Source: an uncultured Chloroflexia bacterium
GTDB lineage: Bacteria; Chloroflexota; Limnocylindria; Limnocylindrales; CSP1-4
Assembly: GCA_963748625.1 (NCBI GenBank)
Contig: CAVVJT010000004.1
Location: forward strand, 672,001 to 736,000
Direction of reading: 5' to 3'
Length of the DNA stretch: 64,000 nt
Position numbers and translations under genes: made by a program. Shown here one piece after another: positions 61,979 to 64,000 of the stretch (position 1 is its first letter; each line of letters begins with the position of its first letter). Below the pieces are notes generated by a model, which made no database searches, was not told where the DNA came from, and was given only the letters and a program-made list of their open reading frames with translations.

Positions 61979-62392
61979 CTAGATGAAGACGATCTGGCCG
62001 TCGCCGGCATTGAGGTAGAACGCGGTCACGCCCTCGGTCCCGTCCACGAGCGGATCGAGATCCTCCTCCTCGAGCTTGAGGAGGTCCATGGAGAGCGAGC
62101 AGGCCTGGATGTCCACCTCGCCCAGCTCCTTGACCTGGCGCAGGGTCTCGGCCCAGGACGCCTGGCCTTCCTGCGCGAGGTTGTCGACAGCGGCGCGGCC
62201 CTCGGGACCCGCCTCATCGGCCAGCCCGTGGTCCAGGCCGATGGAGGCCTTGGTGAAGGCGCGGAGTCCCCAGTACTGCAGGAAGATGTTGACCTGCTTG
62301 CCCAGCGCAGCTGCCCCGGCGGACATGACGGCGAGGGCCTGGAGCTTGTCGTCCGTGCCTGAGAACACCACGAAGTTGATGGTTTCCGACAT
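61979..62392 (-). CDS. DsrE-family protein (short form)
   Basis: FSGTDDK, QYWGL, QACSLSMD. Confidence 0.87.
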   Translation of the reverse strand: MSETINFVVFSGTDDKLQALAVMSAGAAALGKQVNIFLQYWGLRAFTKASIGLDHGLADEAGPEGRAAVDNLAQEGQASWAETLRQVKELGEVDIQACSLSMDLLKLEEEDLDPLVDGTEGVTAFYLNAGDGQIVFI

Positions 62393-62415
62393 GCGTTCCT
62401 CCCGAACAGCGTTGG

Positions 62416-62760
62416 TCACTGGATCTCGATGAGCTCAGCCGCGGTCTGCTCCTGCACGGACAGACGGCCCAGCCGGGTGAGGCGGCGCTGGAGCACGCCG
62501 CGCATGAGCGCGCAGGCGGCGATGACGTCGGTATCGGTGAGCCGGTACCTGACCTCGCGTCCGTCGCGCTCTGCGTCGACGATACCCGCGGCCCGGAGGA
62601 CGGAGAGGTGCTGGGAGACGTTGGGCTGGGGCGCGCCGATCTCCTCGGCGAGCCGGCCCACCTCGCACGGACCCAGTGCCAGGCGGTGGATGATGTCCAG
62701 CCGGCGCGGGTTGGCGAGGGTCTTGAGGACCTCGGCCTGCAGGATCGTGATCTCGTCCAT
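62416..62760 (-). CDS. ArsR/SmtB-family regulator
   Basis: LKTLANPRRLDI, QPNVSQHLSVLR, REVRYRL; two Cys. Confidence 0.92.
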   Translation of the reverse strand: MDEITILQAEVLKTLANPRRLDIIHRLALGPCEVGRLAEEIGAPQPNVSQHLSVLRAAGIVDAERDGREVRYRLTDTDVIAACALMRGVLQRRLTRLGRLSVQEQTAAELIEIQ

Positions 62761-62776
62761 GGGCACAAGCATCAGC

Positions 62777-62797
62777 ATATTCGCAGATGCGCATAAG
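62777..62797. promoter_or_regulatory. Probable ArsR operator overlapping the promoter
   Basis: Imperfect inverted repeat TATTCGCA-GA-TGCGCATA in an AT-rich patch just upstream of arsR. Confidence 0.55.
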
Positions 62798-63066
62798 TGA
62801 GGAAGGTCCCGACCGGACGGGACCGGTCACGATCTGGACGGGACCTGCGGCCCGAGCCGATTGGGCCCGGTTGCGGGCCAGCGGTCCCGCAACGTTCCTG
62901 GGGACGTAGGGGGCCGACACGAGCGACGGACTCGCCGCACCGCAACCGTGACCCGGCCCCCACGAACGGGGCCTCCCGGCCATGATCTCCGGCCCGCCGG
63001 GACGTGGCTTTGTACCCTGCCCGCAACCATTCGGCAACGCCATCCTCGGCAGTGGAGGTGCCACTT

Positions 63067-63351
63067 ATGGCCATGTCCGCTCCGCTCACCGAAGGCCAAC
63101 TCCGCCACATCGGTAGCGGGCCAGCCGCGTTCCGACCGATCCTCGTCGCCACCGAACGATGCAAGGGCTGTGCCTTGTGCATCGACGTCTGCCAGCCGGG
63201 AGCACTGGCCCTCGATGCGTCCCACGTGAACGCCATGGGCCACCATCCCGTCCTGCTCATCCACCCTGAAGCCTGCACGAGCTGCGCCAAGTGCGCCCGG
63301 ATGTGTCCGGATGCCGCCCTGTCGGTCTTCGCCCGTCCTCGGGAGGCCTGA
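63067..63351 (+). CDS. 2x[4Fe-4S] ferredoxin (delta subunit of 2-oxoacid:ferredoxin oxidoreductase)
   Basis: SD GGAGGTG; CKGCALCIDVC and CTSCAKCARMCPD. Confidence 0.9.
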   Translation: MAMSAPLTEGQLRHIGSGPAAFRPILVATERCKGCALCIDVCQPGALALDASHVNAMGHHPVLLIHPEACTSCAKCARMCPDAALSVFARPREA

Positions 63352-63357
63352 GCACCC

Positions 63358-64000
63358 ATGACCGCCATCGCCCCGTCGGGCGTCGATCGCCCCCACCTCA
63401 TCGCCTCGCCGCCCGGGACCGGCGGCGAGGCGTCCCCCACCCCGACCCGTGTCCTGATGAAGGGCAACGAGGCGATCGCCGAGGCTGCGATCGCCGCGGG
63501 GTGCGACGCCTACTTCGGCTACCCGATCACCCCTCAGGCGGAGCTGCTGGAGTGGATGGCCCGGCGCATGCCCGAGGAGGGCCGCGCCTTCGTCCAGGCC
63601 GAGAGCGAGCTGGGGGCGATCAACATGGCCCTCGGCGCGTCCGCCGCCGGCGCCCGGGTCATGGTCTCGTCATCGAGCCCGGGCATCAGCCTCATGGCCG
63701 AGGGGATGAGCTACATGGCGGGCTCACGCCTGCCGGTCGTGCTGGTCAACATCATGCGCGGAGGCCCGGGCCTCGGGTCCATCGGGGCCGCCCAGTCGGA
63801 CTACCTCCAGGCCACCAAGGGGCACGGACACGGGGACTACCACGTGCCGGTCCTCGCCCCGTCGTCCATCGCCGAGGCGATCGAGTTGGTGCGTGACGCG
63901 TTCATCCTCGCAGAGGGCTACCGCACCCCGGTGATGATCCTCGCTGACGGCATCCTGGGCCAGGCAATGGAACCGGTGGAGCCGGACTTCAAGGGTCTCG
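63358..64000 (+). CDS. vorB: 2-oxoisovalerate/2-oxoacid:ferredoxin oxidoreductase alpha subunit (VorB-type), truncated by the window end
   Basis: Translated by hand: [49 protein letters not shown]. Confidence 0.9.
   Translation, partial: MTAIAPSGVDRPHLIASPPGTGGEASPTPTRVLMKGNEAIAEAAIAAGCDAYFGYPITPQAELLEWMARRMPEEGRAFVQAESELGAINMALGASAAGARVMVSSSSPGISLMAEGMSYMAGSRLPVVLVNIMRGGPGLGSIGAAQSDYLQATKGHGHGDYHVPVLAPSSIAEAIELVRDAFILAEGYRTPVMILADGILGQAMEPVEPDFKGL

Noticed and set aside
59691-62392. Selenocysteine recoding in DsrE/TusA/SQR
   Set aside because: Active-site positions are ordinary Cys codons and there is no in-frame TGA.

Overview
High-GC bacterial chromosomal segment with about 55 genes. The housekeeping proteins (Mdh, PckA, SufB, Lgt), an RND pump without partners and frequent leaderless starts suggest a monoderm organism, most likely Chloroflexota (Limnocylindria/Ellin6529-like); this is inference only. 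From left to right: two secreted S8 subtilases; mdh; a C45 Ntn-hydrolase; a small LuxR-HTH protein and a MalT/LAL-type AAA-LuxR regulator flanking pckA; an MFS-cNMP fusion; lgt-plsC-plsC; Lrp with a small peptide gene; a LacI-controlled fructosamine (FrlB/FrlD-like) ABC uptake cluster with divergent manA; ferritin-like-VIT1 and cupin; ornithine cyclodeaminase-family, penicillin acylase, EamA and SDR genes; sufB-sufD-Rieske; a PAPS-supply/sulfation locus (two sulfotransferase-like proteins, degenerate-Sat-CysC, TauE, CysQ, CysD, CysN); YcaQ; MarR-RND; OsmC; phosphotriesterase-like; class III aminotransferase; an ArsR-DsrE-TusA-DsrE-TusA-SQR sulfur-relay operon; and the start of a Vor-type 2-oxoacid:ferredoxin oxidoreductase operon. 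Many genes between about 7.6 and 33 kb carry single-base frameshifts that look like long-read consensus errors. No rRNA, tRNA, CRISPR array or transposase was recognised. Several intergenic palindromic repeat clusters and operator-like sites are visible.
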